Shown here: positions 9,666 to 18,296 of the stretch, in pieces
Layout of the letters: every line of letters starts with the position of its first letter
Position numbering within the stretch: the first letter of the stretch is position 1
NCBI GenBank assembly: GCA_046290465.1
Contig: JBKAGP010000001.1
Coordinates: forward strand, 672,001 to 736,000
Length of the DNA: 64,000 nt
Reading direction: 5' to 3'
Source of the DNA: Planctomycetota bacterium
GTDB taxonomy: Bacteria > Planctomycetota > UBA1135 > UBA2386
The notes under the pieces: generated by a model
What the model was told of the DNA's origin: nothing
The model's database searches: none
What the model saw: only the letters and a program-made list of their open reading frames with translations
Position numbers and translations under genes: made by a program

Positions 9666-11054
9666 ATGCAACCGTGGTCCGTGCCTGCGCTCGTCGTCAC
9701 TGCAGCGCTCGCGACGTCGGTGTGCGCCCAGCGCGACGCGCTGCAGCGCGCCGTCGACAACGCCGAGGCGCGCGGCGTGCGCACCGGCGTCGCCGTCTGC
9801 AGCTCGACCGGCGACGTGCTGTTCCGCCACCGCGCGGCCGAGTCGTTCGCGCCGGCGAGCAACATGAAGCTGTTGACCGCCGCCGGCGTGCTGCAGGGAC
9901 TCGGCGCCGACCACCGGTTCGAGACCGTGTTCTCCCTCGAGGCGGGCGAACTGGTGGTGCAGGCCGGCGGCGACCCGAACTGGATCGCCGAGACCGAGCA
10001 CGACCCGGAGCAGGTGTTCGCGCTGGTCGCGCGCGCGCTCGCCGAGCACGACGTGCACAGCGTGCGCGGGGTCCGCCTCGAGCCGGGGGTGTTCCACGGA
10101 CCGTCGCGACCGAAGACGTGGCCGCAGGACCAGCTCTACACCTACTACTGCGCGCCGACCGGTGGGTTCGTGCTGCAGCAGGGCACGTTCGTGATGGCGA
10201 TCGAGCGCAGCGGCGGCCGCAACGCCCGCGCCACGCTGCTGGCGCCGCCGGCCGGCTACGAGATCCGCGGCGGCATCCGCGAGGTCGCGTCCCAGCAGGG
10301 CGCCACCTACGGCGCCATCGACCAGGGCGGCACGATCCGCGTGCGCGGCAAATTCTACGAGAAGTCGCCGCGGGTCGAGATCCGGACCGCGGTCAACGAC
10401 CCCGACCGGTGGTTTGCCGACGCGTTGGCGCACCAGCTGCGCAAGAACGGCGTGCGCGTCGGTGCCGGCGGGCCGGCGCACCAGCACGGCGAGGTCTACC
10501 GGCACCGGACGCCGCTGCAGCCGGCGCTGCGGCGCATGCTCGAGGACTCGTCCAACTTCGACGCCGAGCAGTGCCTGCGCGTGCTCGGCGCGCGCACGCG
10601 ACGCGACGGCAGCCTGCTGGGCGGCAACGCCGCGCTGCGCGACCGCCTCGCCGACCTCGTCGGCCACGTGCCGGAGGGCGTCGTGATCGCCGACGGCTCC
10701 GGCCTGTCCAAGGAGAACCGGATCACTCCCGGCCTGCTGGTCGTCGCGATGTTCCAGTTGCAGCGCAAGGGGCTGTGGTCGCAGCTGCAGGCGTGCCTGC
10801 CGGTCGCCGGCCGCACCGGCACGCTGCGCAAGCGGTTCGTCGGCAGCGACCTGGTCGACAAGGTGCGCGCCAAGACCGGCTGGATCCGCGGCGCATCGTC
10901 GCTGTCGGGCATGGTCGAGCTGCCCGACGGCGAGCTGCGCTGGTTCTCGATCCTGATGAACTACGACCGCGGTCGCAACGGGCTGAACAAGGAGCTCAAG
11001 CAGATCCAGGAGGACATCGTCGCGGCGGTCGCGGCGATGCAGGTGCAGCGTTGA
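9666..11054 (+). CDS. dacB: D-alanyl-D-alanine carboxypeptidase/endopeptidase (PBP4, peptidase S13)
   Basis: PASNMK (SxxK), SSN (SxN), DGSGLS and AKTG (KTG). Signal peptide. Confidence 0.92.
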   Translation: MQPWSVPALVVTAALATSVCAQRDALQRAVDNAEARGVRTGVAVCSSTGDVLFRHRAAESFAPASNMKLLTAAGVLQGLGADHRFETVFSLEAGELVVQAGGDPNWIAETEHDPEQVFALVARALAEHDVHSVRGVRLEPGVFHGPSRPKTWPQDQLYTYYCAPTGGFVLQQGTFVMAIERSGGRNARATLLAPPAGYEIRGGIREVASQQGATYGAIDQGGTIRVRGKFYEKSPRVEIRTAVNDPDRWFADALAHQLRKNGVRVGAGGPAHQHGEVYRHRTPLQPALRRMLEDSSNFDAEQCLRVLGARTRRDGSLLGGNAALRDRLADLVGHVPEGVVIADGSGLSKENRITPGLLVVAMFQLQRKGLWSQLQACLPVAGRTGTLRKRFVGSDLVDKVRAKTGWIRGASSLSGMVELPDGELRWFSILMNYDRGRNGLNKELKQIQEDIVAAVAAMQVQR

Positions 11055-11875
11055 GCGAGCTGCAGCCGTTCGTCGACGAGGCGGTGCGGTTGGCGCACCT
11101 CGCCGGCGAAGAGCTGCTGCGCCAGCGCCGCAGCCGGGTCGCGTTCGAGACCAAGGGCGCGCGGCGCGAACTGGTCACCAGCGCCGACCGCGCCGCCGAG
11201 CACATCGTCGTCGGCGGCCTGCAGCGGGCGTTTCCGGAGCACGCGGTGCTCGCCGAGGAGGGCGTGCTGACGACCCAGGGCGAGCCGAGCAGCGCGTCGG
11301 AGTGGCTGTGGATCGTCGACCCGCTCGACGGCACCACCAACTTCGTGCACGACGTGCCGTTCTACTGCGTGGCGATCGCGTTGGCGCACCGCGGCGATCC
11401 GGTGGTCGGCGTGGTGCACGCGCCGGCGCTCGGCGAGACCTACGAGGCCAGCCGCGGCGGCGGGGCGCGGCGCACGCTGGCCGACGGTGCGGTGCGCGCG
11501 CTCGAGGTCAGCGCCACCGACGCGTTCGCCGACGCGCTGCTGGCGACCGGCTTCAGCTACAACCGCAACGAACCGGGCTGTGACGACAACTCGGGCAGCC
11601 TCGCCGCGATCCTGCCGCACTGCCGCGACCTGCGGCGACTCGGCAGCGCTGAGCTCGACCTGTGCCTGGTCGCCGCCGGCAGCTACGACGGCTACTGGGA
11701 ACGCTACCTGCAGCCGTACGACGTGGCCGCGGGCTCGGTGGTGGTGCGCGAGGCCGGCGGCCGGATCAGCGACTACCCCGGTGGCGACGACTGGCTGTTC
11801 GGCGACTCGGTGATCGCCAGCAACGGCCGGCTGCACGACGAGCTGCGCGAACGGCTGCTGCGGGCCACGCGGTAG
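11051..11875 (+). CDS. suhB: inositol monophosphatase family protein
   Basis: Motifs DPLDGTTNF, GSAELDLC and PYDVAAG. TTG start overlaps the dacB stop. Confidence 0.88.
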   Translation: MSELQPFVDEAVRLAHLAGEELLRQRRSRVAFETKGARRELVTSADRAAEHIVVGGLQRAFPEHAVLAEEGVLTTQGEPSSASEWLWIVDPLDGTTNFVHDVPFYCVAIALAHRGDPVVGVVHAPALGETYEASRGGGARRTLADGAVRALEVSATDAFADALLATGFSYNRNEPGCDDNSGSLAAILPHCRDLRRLGSAELDLCLVAAGSYDGYWERYLQPYDVAAGSVVVREAGGRISDYPGGDDWLFGDSVIASNGRLHDELRERLLRATR

Positions 11876-11930
11876 CGCGCGGCCCGCGGCCGACCGATCC
11901 TGGCGGCGGATCGCGCCGGCGCGCGCAGGA

Positions 11931-13193
11931 CTAGAAGTAGAGCGTCGCCTGCGCGTAGCCGACCTGACGCTGGTCGTCGTCGATCGCGTAGCCGGCGCCG
12001 ACGTGCAGGCCGGGCCGCACCATCTTGCCGACCAGCAGGTCGAACTCGAGTTCGCCGAGCTGGGTCGCCGCGCCGTCGCGGTCGAGGGTCAGCACGGTCG
12101 CGGTGCAGTCGAGGTCGAAGCCCGGCGTGAACTGCGCGCTCAGCTGGTTGGTGTCGAGGTCACTGCGCCAGATGCCGCCGTACTGGTGCAGCAGGCCGGC
12201 CGAGTTGAAGTCGGCAGGGTTGATGTGCAGCGCGCCTTCACTGTCGGTGCGGGTGAACGCGACCGCGCGCAGGAAGCCGCAGCAGGGCTCGTCGAAGGTG
12301 TATTCGAGGCGCGCGCGGTAGGCGGTGACGTCGTCGCCCATGTCGACCGAGCGGTGGGCGAACTGCGCCTCCCATTTGAGGTTCTCGGTGAAGTGGCCGA
12401 CGCCTTCGAGGCCGGCCCAGTTGTCGTTGGCGTTGCGCTGCACGTCGCCGTCGTTGGTGCCGGTCATGAAGTAGGCGTTGAGGGTCTCGAGCAGTCCGTC
12501 CTCGCAGGCGTTCCAGCGCGCGGTGCCGCCGGCGTAGCGTTCGCCGCCGCCGACCAGCTGGCTCTGCAGCGGACCGTAGTTGTCGAACGCGAACGCCTCG
12601 ACGTCGATGTCGCCGAAGCTGCGCGACACCCAGATGCCGGTGAACGCACCGGGGTACTGCAGGAAGTCACACGAGCCGAGCACCATGCCGTTGGCGAGGA
12701 AGTAGTTGCTGCGGCCGATGCGGATCCGTTCGTCGAAGCCGAACGCGTCCTCCAGCTGCATGTAGGCCTGCGCGATGCCGTTGAAGTTCTCGCGGGACAG
12801 GATGCCGTTCGGTCCCTGCTGGAACGGCGCGGCGTCCGAGTAGCCCTCGGCACCGGCCCAGACCTCCGAGTAGTTGAACTCGACGTAGGCCTGCGCCCAC
12901 TCGTTGACCTCGTAGTCGAGCTGCAGGCGCGTGCGCGTGCTGTAGTTGTCGTTGGCGTTGTAGGGGGCGTCGTCCGGGGTCTCGGCGAAGCGACCGCGCA
13001 GGCGGGTGTCGCCGGTGAACCGCAGCTTGTCGGAGCGCAACGTCAGGCCGGTGTCGACCCGTTCGACCTCGTCGCCGGGAGGGGCGAAGCTGAAGCAACG
13101 GTTCTGCGGTGAGTAGCACTGCTGCGCCACCGCGACCTGGGACACGCAGAGGACCGCAGCCACCGTGGCTGCGGTCGAGAGGAGCTTGATCAT
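11931..13193 (-). CDS. outer-membrane beta-barrel protein (alginate-export/porin-like)
   Basis: Signal peptide, R-x-R-x-x-x-E and RTRLQLDY strands, QAY...IRIGR, terminal aromatic residue (TLYF). Confidence 0.7.
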   Translation of the reverse strand: MIKLLSTAATVAAVLCVSQVAVAQQCYSPQNRCFSFAPPGDEVERVDTGLTLRSDKLRFTGDTRLRGRFAETPDDAPYNANDNYSTRTRLQLDYEVNEWAQAYVEFNYSEVWAGAEGYSDAAPFQQGPNGILSRENFNGIAQAYMQLEDAFGFDERIRIGRSNYFLANGMVLGSCDFLQYPGAFTGIWVSRSFGDIDVEAFAFDNYGPLQSQLVGGGERYAGGTARWNACEDGLLETLNAYFMTGTNDGDVQRNANDNWAGLEGVGHFTENLKWEAQFAHRSVDMGDDVTAYRARLEYTFDEPCCGFLRAVAFTRTDSEGALHINPADFNSAGLLHQYGGIWRSDLDTNQLSAQFTPGFDLDCTATVLTLDRDGAATQLGELEFDLLVGKMVRPGLHVGAGYAIDDDQRQVGYAQATLYF

Positions 13194-13269
13194 CTGGCTT
13201 GCTCTGCTGTGAGAGAGTGGCGGCCGATGCCGCGGAGCAAGTCGATGACGTGGAAGCTGGAGAGCGCCG

Positions 13270-13419
13270 TGAACTCTTGGCTCAGAAGTTCAGGGGGAAC
13301 CGACCGGCTCCCCGGCTCTCCACGGAACCTGCTCCGTGGATCAGCCAGGGGTTGCTTCACGTGTATGGAAGCAATGGGGTCTGGATCGGTCGGTCGATCA
13401 CGCGACGAACCATATCGCG
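13270..13419 (-). promoter_or_regulatory. structured 5' leader (six adjacent hairpins), candidate cis-regulatory RNA
   Basis: Stems TGAACT/AGTTCA, GGGGA/TCCCC, TCCACGGA/TCCGTGGA, TTGCTTC/GAAGCAA, GATCG/CGATC and CGCGA/TCGCG. Plus-strand A.C mismatches become G.U pairs on the minus strand. Confidence 0.45.
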
Positions 13420-13517
13420 CAGCCGCGACGGCGGACGTCGCGAATTGTCGCGAAGTTGTCCGGCAAAGCCTGCGTTGCCGTGCAGCGCTTGGGTTTGCCA
13501 TTGCATCGCCGCGCCGC

Positions 13518-13532
13518 TGGCAGGTTCAATGC
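13518..13532 (+). promoter_or_regulatory. possible sigma54 (-24/-12) promoter for the dsrE operon
   Basis: TGGCAGGTTCAATGC has GG-N10-GC spacing but is an imperfect match to TGGCAC-N5-TTGC. Confidence 0.3.
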
Positions 13533-13814
13533 GCGCTGTCCCGGAACGCGCACCCGCCGATGAACCACCCCCGCAGACATTGACACCCCTGAGCCCGGCC
13601 CGGGCGGGGTGCGGTCTGCGCCCCTCATCGGCCTCTCGCTGCCGTTCCGACGCAGGCGTAGCGCATCGCGCTCGCACGGCTTGGGGCGGGCGGGGTCGTG
13701 TGCCTTGGTCAGGCTCTCGGACGGACACGCGCCGTTCCGCTGGATCGATCCACACCGAGCCCCTTGACCCGAACCCTGAGCCCCGAACCCCGAACCCCGG
13801 GGCAAGCCGAAGCC

Positions 13815-14180
13815 ATGAGCAACACATTCTGCGTCACCATCACCGAGTGCAAGACCAACGAGGACAAGGCCACGCTCGGCTTCGTCGTCGCCAACGCCGC
13901 GGTCGGCAGCGAGAAGGAGACGATGGTCTTCCTGAGCGCCGACGGCGTCTGGGCCGCCGTGCAGGGGGAGATGGACAAGGTCGCGGCCGGCGAGCCGTTC
14001 GTGCCGCTGAAGGAGCTGGTCGACAAGTTCGTCGCCAACGGCGGCAAGATCCTGGTCTGTTCGCCGTGCATGAAGAAGCGCGGCATCACCGAGGACCAGC
14101 TGGTGGCGGGTGCGACCCCGGCCGGCGGTGCCGCGCTGGTCGAGTGGCTCGCCAACGGTTCGCCCAGCGTCGGCTACTAG
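13815..14180 (+). CDS. DsrE/DsrF-like family protein
   Basis: 121 aa. ATLGFVVANAA, VFLSADGVW and ILVCSPCMKKRGI. Confidence 0.88.
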   Translation: MSNTFCVTITECKTNEDKATLGFVVANAAVGSEKETMVFLSADGVWAAVQGEMDKVAAGEPFVPLKELVDKFVANGGKILVCSPCMKKRGITEDQLVAGATPAGGAALVEWLANGSPSVGY

Positions 14181-14190
14181 GGAACGGTCC

Positions 14191-14946
14191 GTGCTGACCC
14201 CCGAACAACTTGCCGGACTCGAGCCCGACCGCGTCTTCGACGGCGGCGCGCTCGACTGCGGATCGGGTCTGGTGCTGCTGATCCGCGAGAACATGCTGCC
14301 GGTGCCCGACGCCGGCGTGCTCGAGATCCGCAGCGTCGAACGCAGCGTGCGCGACGACCTGCCGCCGTGGTGCCGGATGGTCGGCCACGAGTTCCTCGGC
14401 GCGCTGCCGGGGGCGAGCCCCGAGCAGGCGCGCTACTTCGTGCGGCGCGGCGGCGGCGCGGCGATGCAGCAGGAGGCGGCCGCGCTCGAGCAGGACAAGC
14501 AGCGCGCGCGCGACTACCAGTGGCGGCTGCGGGCCCGTTCGTCGGCGCCGCTCGAGACGTCGGTCTACTGCCGCAACTTCCAGTGGCGGATCGGGCAGCC
14601 GGCCAGCTTCGAGGAGCAGGACGCCAACCCGTCGGCGATCGAGTCGCTGGTCGGAGCGCTGGCGGGGGACCTGGTGACCGGGTTCGCGGTCGCCGCATCC
14701 CGGGCAGGCCTGCAGGTCGACGACATCGAGTTGACCGCGCGGGCCCGCCTGCACGACGTCACCGCACACCTCGGCCTGGTCGAGGGCGACCCTTCGATCG
14801 AGTCGATCGAGGCGCGTCTGTTCGCGTCGACGTTCGACGACGAGGCGCGGGTGCGGGCGGTCTGGGACCAGACCGTGCGCCGGTCGCCGCTCGCTGCGAC
14901 GCTCCGCAAGGCCACCCGGCTCCACATCACCCTGGCAATCGTCTGA
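14191..14946 (+). CDS. TusA/SirA-like sulfur carrier fused to an OsmC-like domain
   Basis: TusA part FDGGALDCGSGLVL...DLPPWCRMVGHE. OsmC fold NPSAIESLVGALAGDL...DDIELTARARL...RRSPLAATL. Confidence 0.8.
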   Translation: MLTPEQLAGLEPDRVFDGGALDCGSGLVLLIRENMLPVPDAGVLEIRSVERSVRDDLPPWCRMVGHEFLGALPGASPEQARYFVRRGGGAAMQQEAAALEQDKQRARDYQWRLRARSSAPLETSVYCRNFQWRIGQPASFEEQDANPSAIESLVGALAGDLVTGFAVAASRAGLQVDDIELTARARLHDVTAHLGLVEGDPSIESIEARLFASTFDDEARVRAVWDQTVRRSPLAATLRKATRLHITLAIV

Positions 14947-14960
14947 CCGAGGAGAGGCCG

Positions 14961-16115
14961 ATGTTTTCCGTTACCCAGGTCGGCAGCTGGCCGCGTTCGC
15001 GCAAGCTGCTGCAAGCCCTCCGCGACAAGCAGCAGGGGCGTGCGAGCCGCGCCGAGTTCGAGGCCGTCGCCGACGAGGAGGTGCGTCGCTGCGTCGCGCT
15101 GCAGGTCGAGGCCGGGGTCGACGTGGTCGTCGATGGCGAGCATCGACGCGACAACTTCTACTCGTTCGTCACCGACAAGCTGTCCGGCACCCGGCTGATG
15201 TCGCTGGCCGAGATGCTCGAGTCGATGGAGGACAAGGCGGCGTTCGAGGAGATGCTCGAGACGCTCGACGTGCCGGCGTCGGCGATCCGCAACCCGACCT
15301 GCACCGGCAGGCTCGAACGGCGTGAACCGCTGGCGACCGAGGAGCTGCGGTTCGTGCAGCAGCTGACCGACAAGCCGGTCAAGGTCTCGCTGCCCGGGCC
15401 GTACCTGCTGACCCGTTCGATGTGGGTCGGGGCGTTCTCGCGCGCCGGCTACGACGACAAGACCGAGATGGGCGACGACGTGGTCCGGATCCTGCGCGAG
15501 GAGCTGATCGAACTGCGCGACGCGGGCGTATCGTTCGTGCAGTTCGACGAACCGGTGCTGACCGAGGTCGTGATGAGCGACGACAACGACCGGCGAACAT
15601 TCATGTGAGCCACCCTTGCTACCCGCCGTGATGCGGGTGCCGAACTGGAATACGCCGCGACGCTGCTCAACCGGGTCGTCGACGGCGTCGACGGGGTGCG
15701 TACGGGGGTGCACGTCTGCCGCGGCAACTGGAGCCGCCAGGAGGACGTGCTGCTGACCGGGGACTACGAACGGCTGCTGCCGGCCTTCCGCGCGATGCGC
15801 GTCGACCAGTTCGTGCTCGAGTACGCGACGCCACGCGCCGGCGAGCTGTCGGTCGTCGGCCGTGCCCTCGCCGATCGCGAGCTGGGGCTCGGCTGCGTCA
15901 ACCCGCGCACCGACGAGGCCGAGGATCCGGCGACGATCGTGGCGCGCGCCGAGGAGGCGCTGGCGTACTTCCGCCCGGAGCAGGTGTTCCTCAACCCGGA
16001 CTGCGGCTTCGGCTGCTTCGCCAATCGCTGCGTCAACGTCGAAGACCACGCGGTCCAGAAGCTGCGCAGCATGGTCGCGGCGGCGCGGCAGCTGCGGGAG
16101 CGGCACGGCGGATGA
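14961..16115 (+). CDS. cobalamin-independent methionine synthase II (MetE C-terminal-like) family protein with in-frame TGA, probable selenocysteine at residue 216
   Basis: VGSWPR, DGEHRR and QFDEP lie before TGA 15606-15608. The same frame continues to HVCRGN, LEY and NPDCGF (Zn ligands). 384 aa with read-through. SECIS-like hairpin follows; RBS GAGGAG precedes the start. Confidence 0.88.
15618..15640 (+). promoter_or_regulatory. bacterial SECIS-like hairpin
   Basis: GC[T]ACCCGC-CGTGAT-GCGGGTGC: 8-bp stem with a bulged U and a GU-containing loop, starting 9 nt after the UGA. Confidence 0.75.
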
Positions 16116-16726
16116 GCGCGTCGGCCGACGACGACGACGAGACGGGCGATCCGCGCACGGTGGCGGCGCTCGCCGACGCGGCGGCGTTGACCGGTGCTCC
16201 GTGCCGGCGCTGCAGCAGGGCGCTGTGCGGCCACGAAGCGGTCTACTGCCTGGTGCTCGGCTACAAGGGGGCACCGCACTGCCTGCCGTGCATCGCCGCG
16301 CACATGGGCGAAGCGCTCGCACCGCTGCGCGAACGTGGCTTCGAATACGTGCGGCACCACGACTGCTTCCTCACCGCGTGGCGGCACGCCGGCGACCTCG
16401 AGGGCCATGCCGGAGTCGATCGGCCGCCGTGCGTGTTCGCGCTCGACGAAGATCCCGCCGCTGCGGCGCAGGCGGGCGCAGGGCGCGATGCGGTGGCCGA
16501 GGCCCAACCGTCCGGGCATGCGAGCTGGGACGCCGGCGGCATGGGCTGTGGCGACCTCGTGCTCGAACTGCGCCAGCGGCTGGCGAAGCTGCCGCCGCGC
16601 GGCCTGCTGCACCTGATCGCCACAGACCCTGGTGCGCCGACCGACCTGCCCGCCTGGTGTTCGATGACCGGGCACACGCTCGAGTCCGCCGAGCACCCGG
16701 ACTATCGCATCCGCCGCCGCCCCTGA
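16112..16726 (+). CDS. Cys-rich (putative Zn-binding) domain fused to a TusA-like sulfur carrier
   Basis: CRRC..LCGH...HCLPC...HHDC followed by WDAGGMGCGDLVL...ATDPGAPTDLPAWCSMTGH. ATGA overlap with the upstream gene. Confidence 0.82.
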   Translation: MSASADDDDETGDPRTVAALADAAALTGAPCRRCSRALCGHEAVYCLVLGYKGAPHCLPCIAAHMGEALAPLRERGFEYVRHHDCFLTAWRHAGDLEGHAGVDRPPCVFALDEDPAAAAQAGAGRDAVAEAQPSGHASWDAGGMGCGDLVLELRQRLAKLPPRGLLHLIATDPGAPTDLPAWCSMTGHTLESAEHPDYRIRRRP

Positions 16727-16758
16727 ACGGCCGGCGGTCGCCTGCACGCGGGCTCGGC

Positions 16759-17121
16759 TCAGAGCCGCACGTTCTCGCGGCGCATCTCGCCGTCGTCCTG
16801 CTCGACCAGCCGCACGAAGTGCGCGCCGCGCGCGAGCGACGAGCGCTGCAGCAGCGGCCGCAGCACGCCGAGCAGCTGGTCCTCGTCGGGGCCGCAGAAG
16901 AACAGGATGCACTCGCCGCCGCCGAACTCGTCGCCGTCGTACTCGCCGACGCCCGCGTCCAGCACCGCCGCCTCGAGCTGCTCGGCCAGCAGTTCGATCT
17001 GGGCACGCTCTTCGTGCGTGCCCATGTTGCGGTTGCTCAGCCGGAGCACGACGAGCAGGTCCCGCTCGTCGGCGGGATCCTCGTCGTCGAAGCCGAAGTC
17101 GGGCAGGTTCTGGTCGCTCAT
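16759..17121 (-). CDS. small acidic hypothetical protein
   Basis: 120 aa with coding-like codon use; GVGEYDGDEFGGGECILFFCGPD. Confidence 0.75.
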   Translation of the reverse strand: MSDQNLPDFGFDDEDPADERDLLVVLRLSNRNMGTHEERAQIELLAEQLEAAVLDAGVGEYDGDEFGGGECILFFCGPDEDQLLGVLRPLLQRSSLARGAHFVRLVEQDDGEMRRENVRL

Positions 17122-17159
17122 CGCGAGCAAGTCTAGCCCGACGGGGGCCGGCCGCGCGA

Positions 17160-18296
17160 CTACGGGTCGAGCGTCAGCGTGTCGGCGGTGGCGACGATCG
17201 CGAAGGTCGTCGGGTCCTGGCTGACGGCGCTGGCGTAGGTCGTGATGCCGAGCAGGGCGGTGGCGCTGGGCAGGCCGAAGTAGACCGCGTCCCGGTCGTT
17301 GTCGACCGTGCCGTAGGCGAGCGGCAGCGACGCGACCGCAAGCGTCAGGCCGTCGACCGTGAAGTTGCTCTGCCAGCCGTTGGCCGGATCGATCTGGAAC
17401 GCGCCACACGCCGGCGCGGTGAAGCCGATCAGCAGGATGTTGGAGTCGCCCGGCTCGCCGGCGTTGCGGCACACGTAGCCCGGCAGGTTGGGGTCGTACT
17501 CGACGTAGGTCACGCGCAGGCCACCCGCGAACAGGTTGTTGTTGGCGTTGCCGCCGTTGCGGTCGTCCATCCAGGTGACGACCACGTCTCCGCGGGTGGT
17601 GACGGCGACCACCGCGTCGGCGTCGGCGTCGATCGCCGCCGGGTCGACCAGTTCGCAGTAGGTCCAGGTCGTGCCGAAGTCGTAGGTGAACGCGACCGCC
17701 GCCGGGTCGGCGCCGGCGATGTTGTCGACGAACGTCACCGCCGCGTAGCTGCCGTGGCAGTCGAGCAGCGGCGTGCTGGTGTTGCCCTGCGAGATCAGCG
17801 TCTCGGTCTGCAGGCCGGCGAGGAAGTCCGCGCCGCCGTTGGGGTCGGTGACGACGAACGTCTGGTTGGCGCCCGAGCGGTCGTCCTCGTAGCTGACGTA
17901 GAGCGCGCCCTCGGGCGTGCAGCCGACGGCCATGCCGTCCGAGTCGACGCCGGCGGGCGACATGCTGACCACGACCGGCGGCACGAACGTGCCCGGCGCG
18001 CCCGAGGTCGTGCTGAGGTAGAGGTAGCAGTCGTCGTCGCCGCCGCGGGAGTCCTCGGTGAACACCGCCACCGAGTAGTTCGGCGCCTGGCCGAACACGC
18101 ACAGCTGGCTCTCGCGCTGCGCGGCGAACGTGGTCGGCGCGGCGAACGAGGTCAGGTTCTGTTCGGCGCCGAAGGTCGCGCCGTCGTCGGTCGACACCCG
18201 GATGACGGTGTCGTTCCAGTTGTTGTTGCCGACGCCGGCGGCGGCGCGGTCGTCCTGCCAGCCGACCACGACCAGGTCGTCGACGCAGGCCACCAT
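17160..18296 (-). CDS. sialidase/BNR (Asp-box)-like beta-propeller protein, possibly 5'-truncated
   Basis: Asp-boxes STDDGATF and TYDFGTTW, repeated W/Y-x-DDR motifs. No signal peptide; start uncertain (18296 or 18383). Confidence 0.65.
   Translation of the reverse strand: MVACVDDLVVVGWQDDRAAAGVGNNNWNDTVIRVSTDDGATFGAEQNLTSFAAPTTFAAQRESQLCVFGQAPNYSVAVFTEDSRGGDDDCYLYLSTTSGAPGTFVPPVVVSMSPAGVDSDGMAVGCTPEGALYVSYEDDRSGANQTFVVTDPNGGADFLAGLQTETLISQGNTSTPLLDCHGSYAAVTFVDNIAGADPAAVAFTYDFGTTWTYCELVDPAAIDADADAVVAVTTRGDVVVTWMDDRNGGNANNNLFAGGLRVTYVEYDPNLPGYVCRNAGEPGDSNILLIGFTAPACGAFQIDPANGWQSNFTVDGLTLAVASLPLAYGTVDNDRDAVYFGLPSATALLGITTYASAVSQDPTTFAIVATADTLTLDP

Noticed and set aside
13461..13500. GGCAAACC resembling a c-di-GMP-I riboswitch
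   Set aside because: The GNRA-capped stem and the following GACGCAAAG element are missing.
13194..13814. tRNA-Sec or other tRNA in the large intergenic region
   Set aside because: No cloverleaf with a TCA anticodon loop and T-arm was found. The sel genes are not in the window.
15606..15608. TGA=Trp/Gly alternative genetic code, or two separate genes
   Set aside because: TGA is the commonest stop in this window, often in ATGA overlaps. Splitting would separate one TIM barrel from its Zn ligands.
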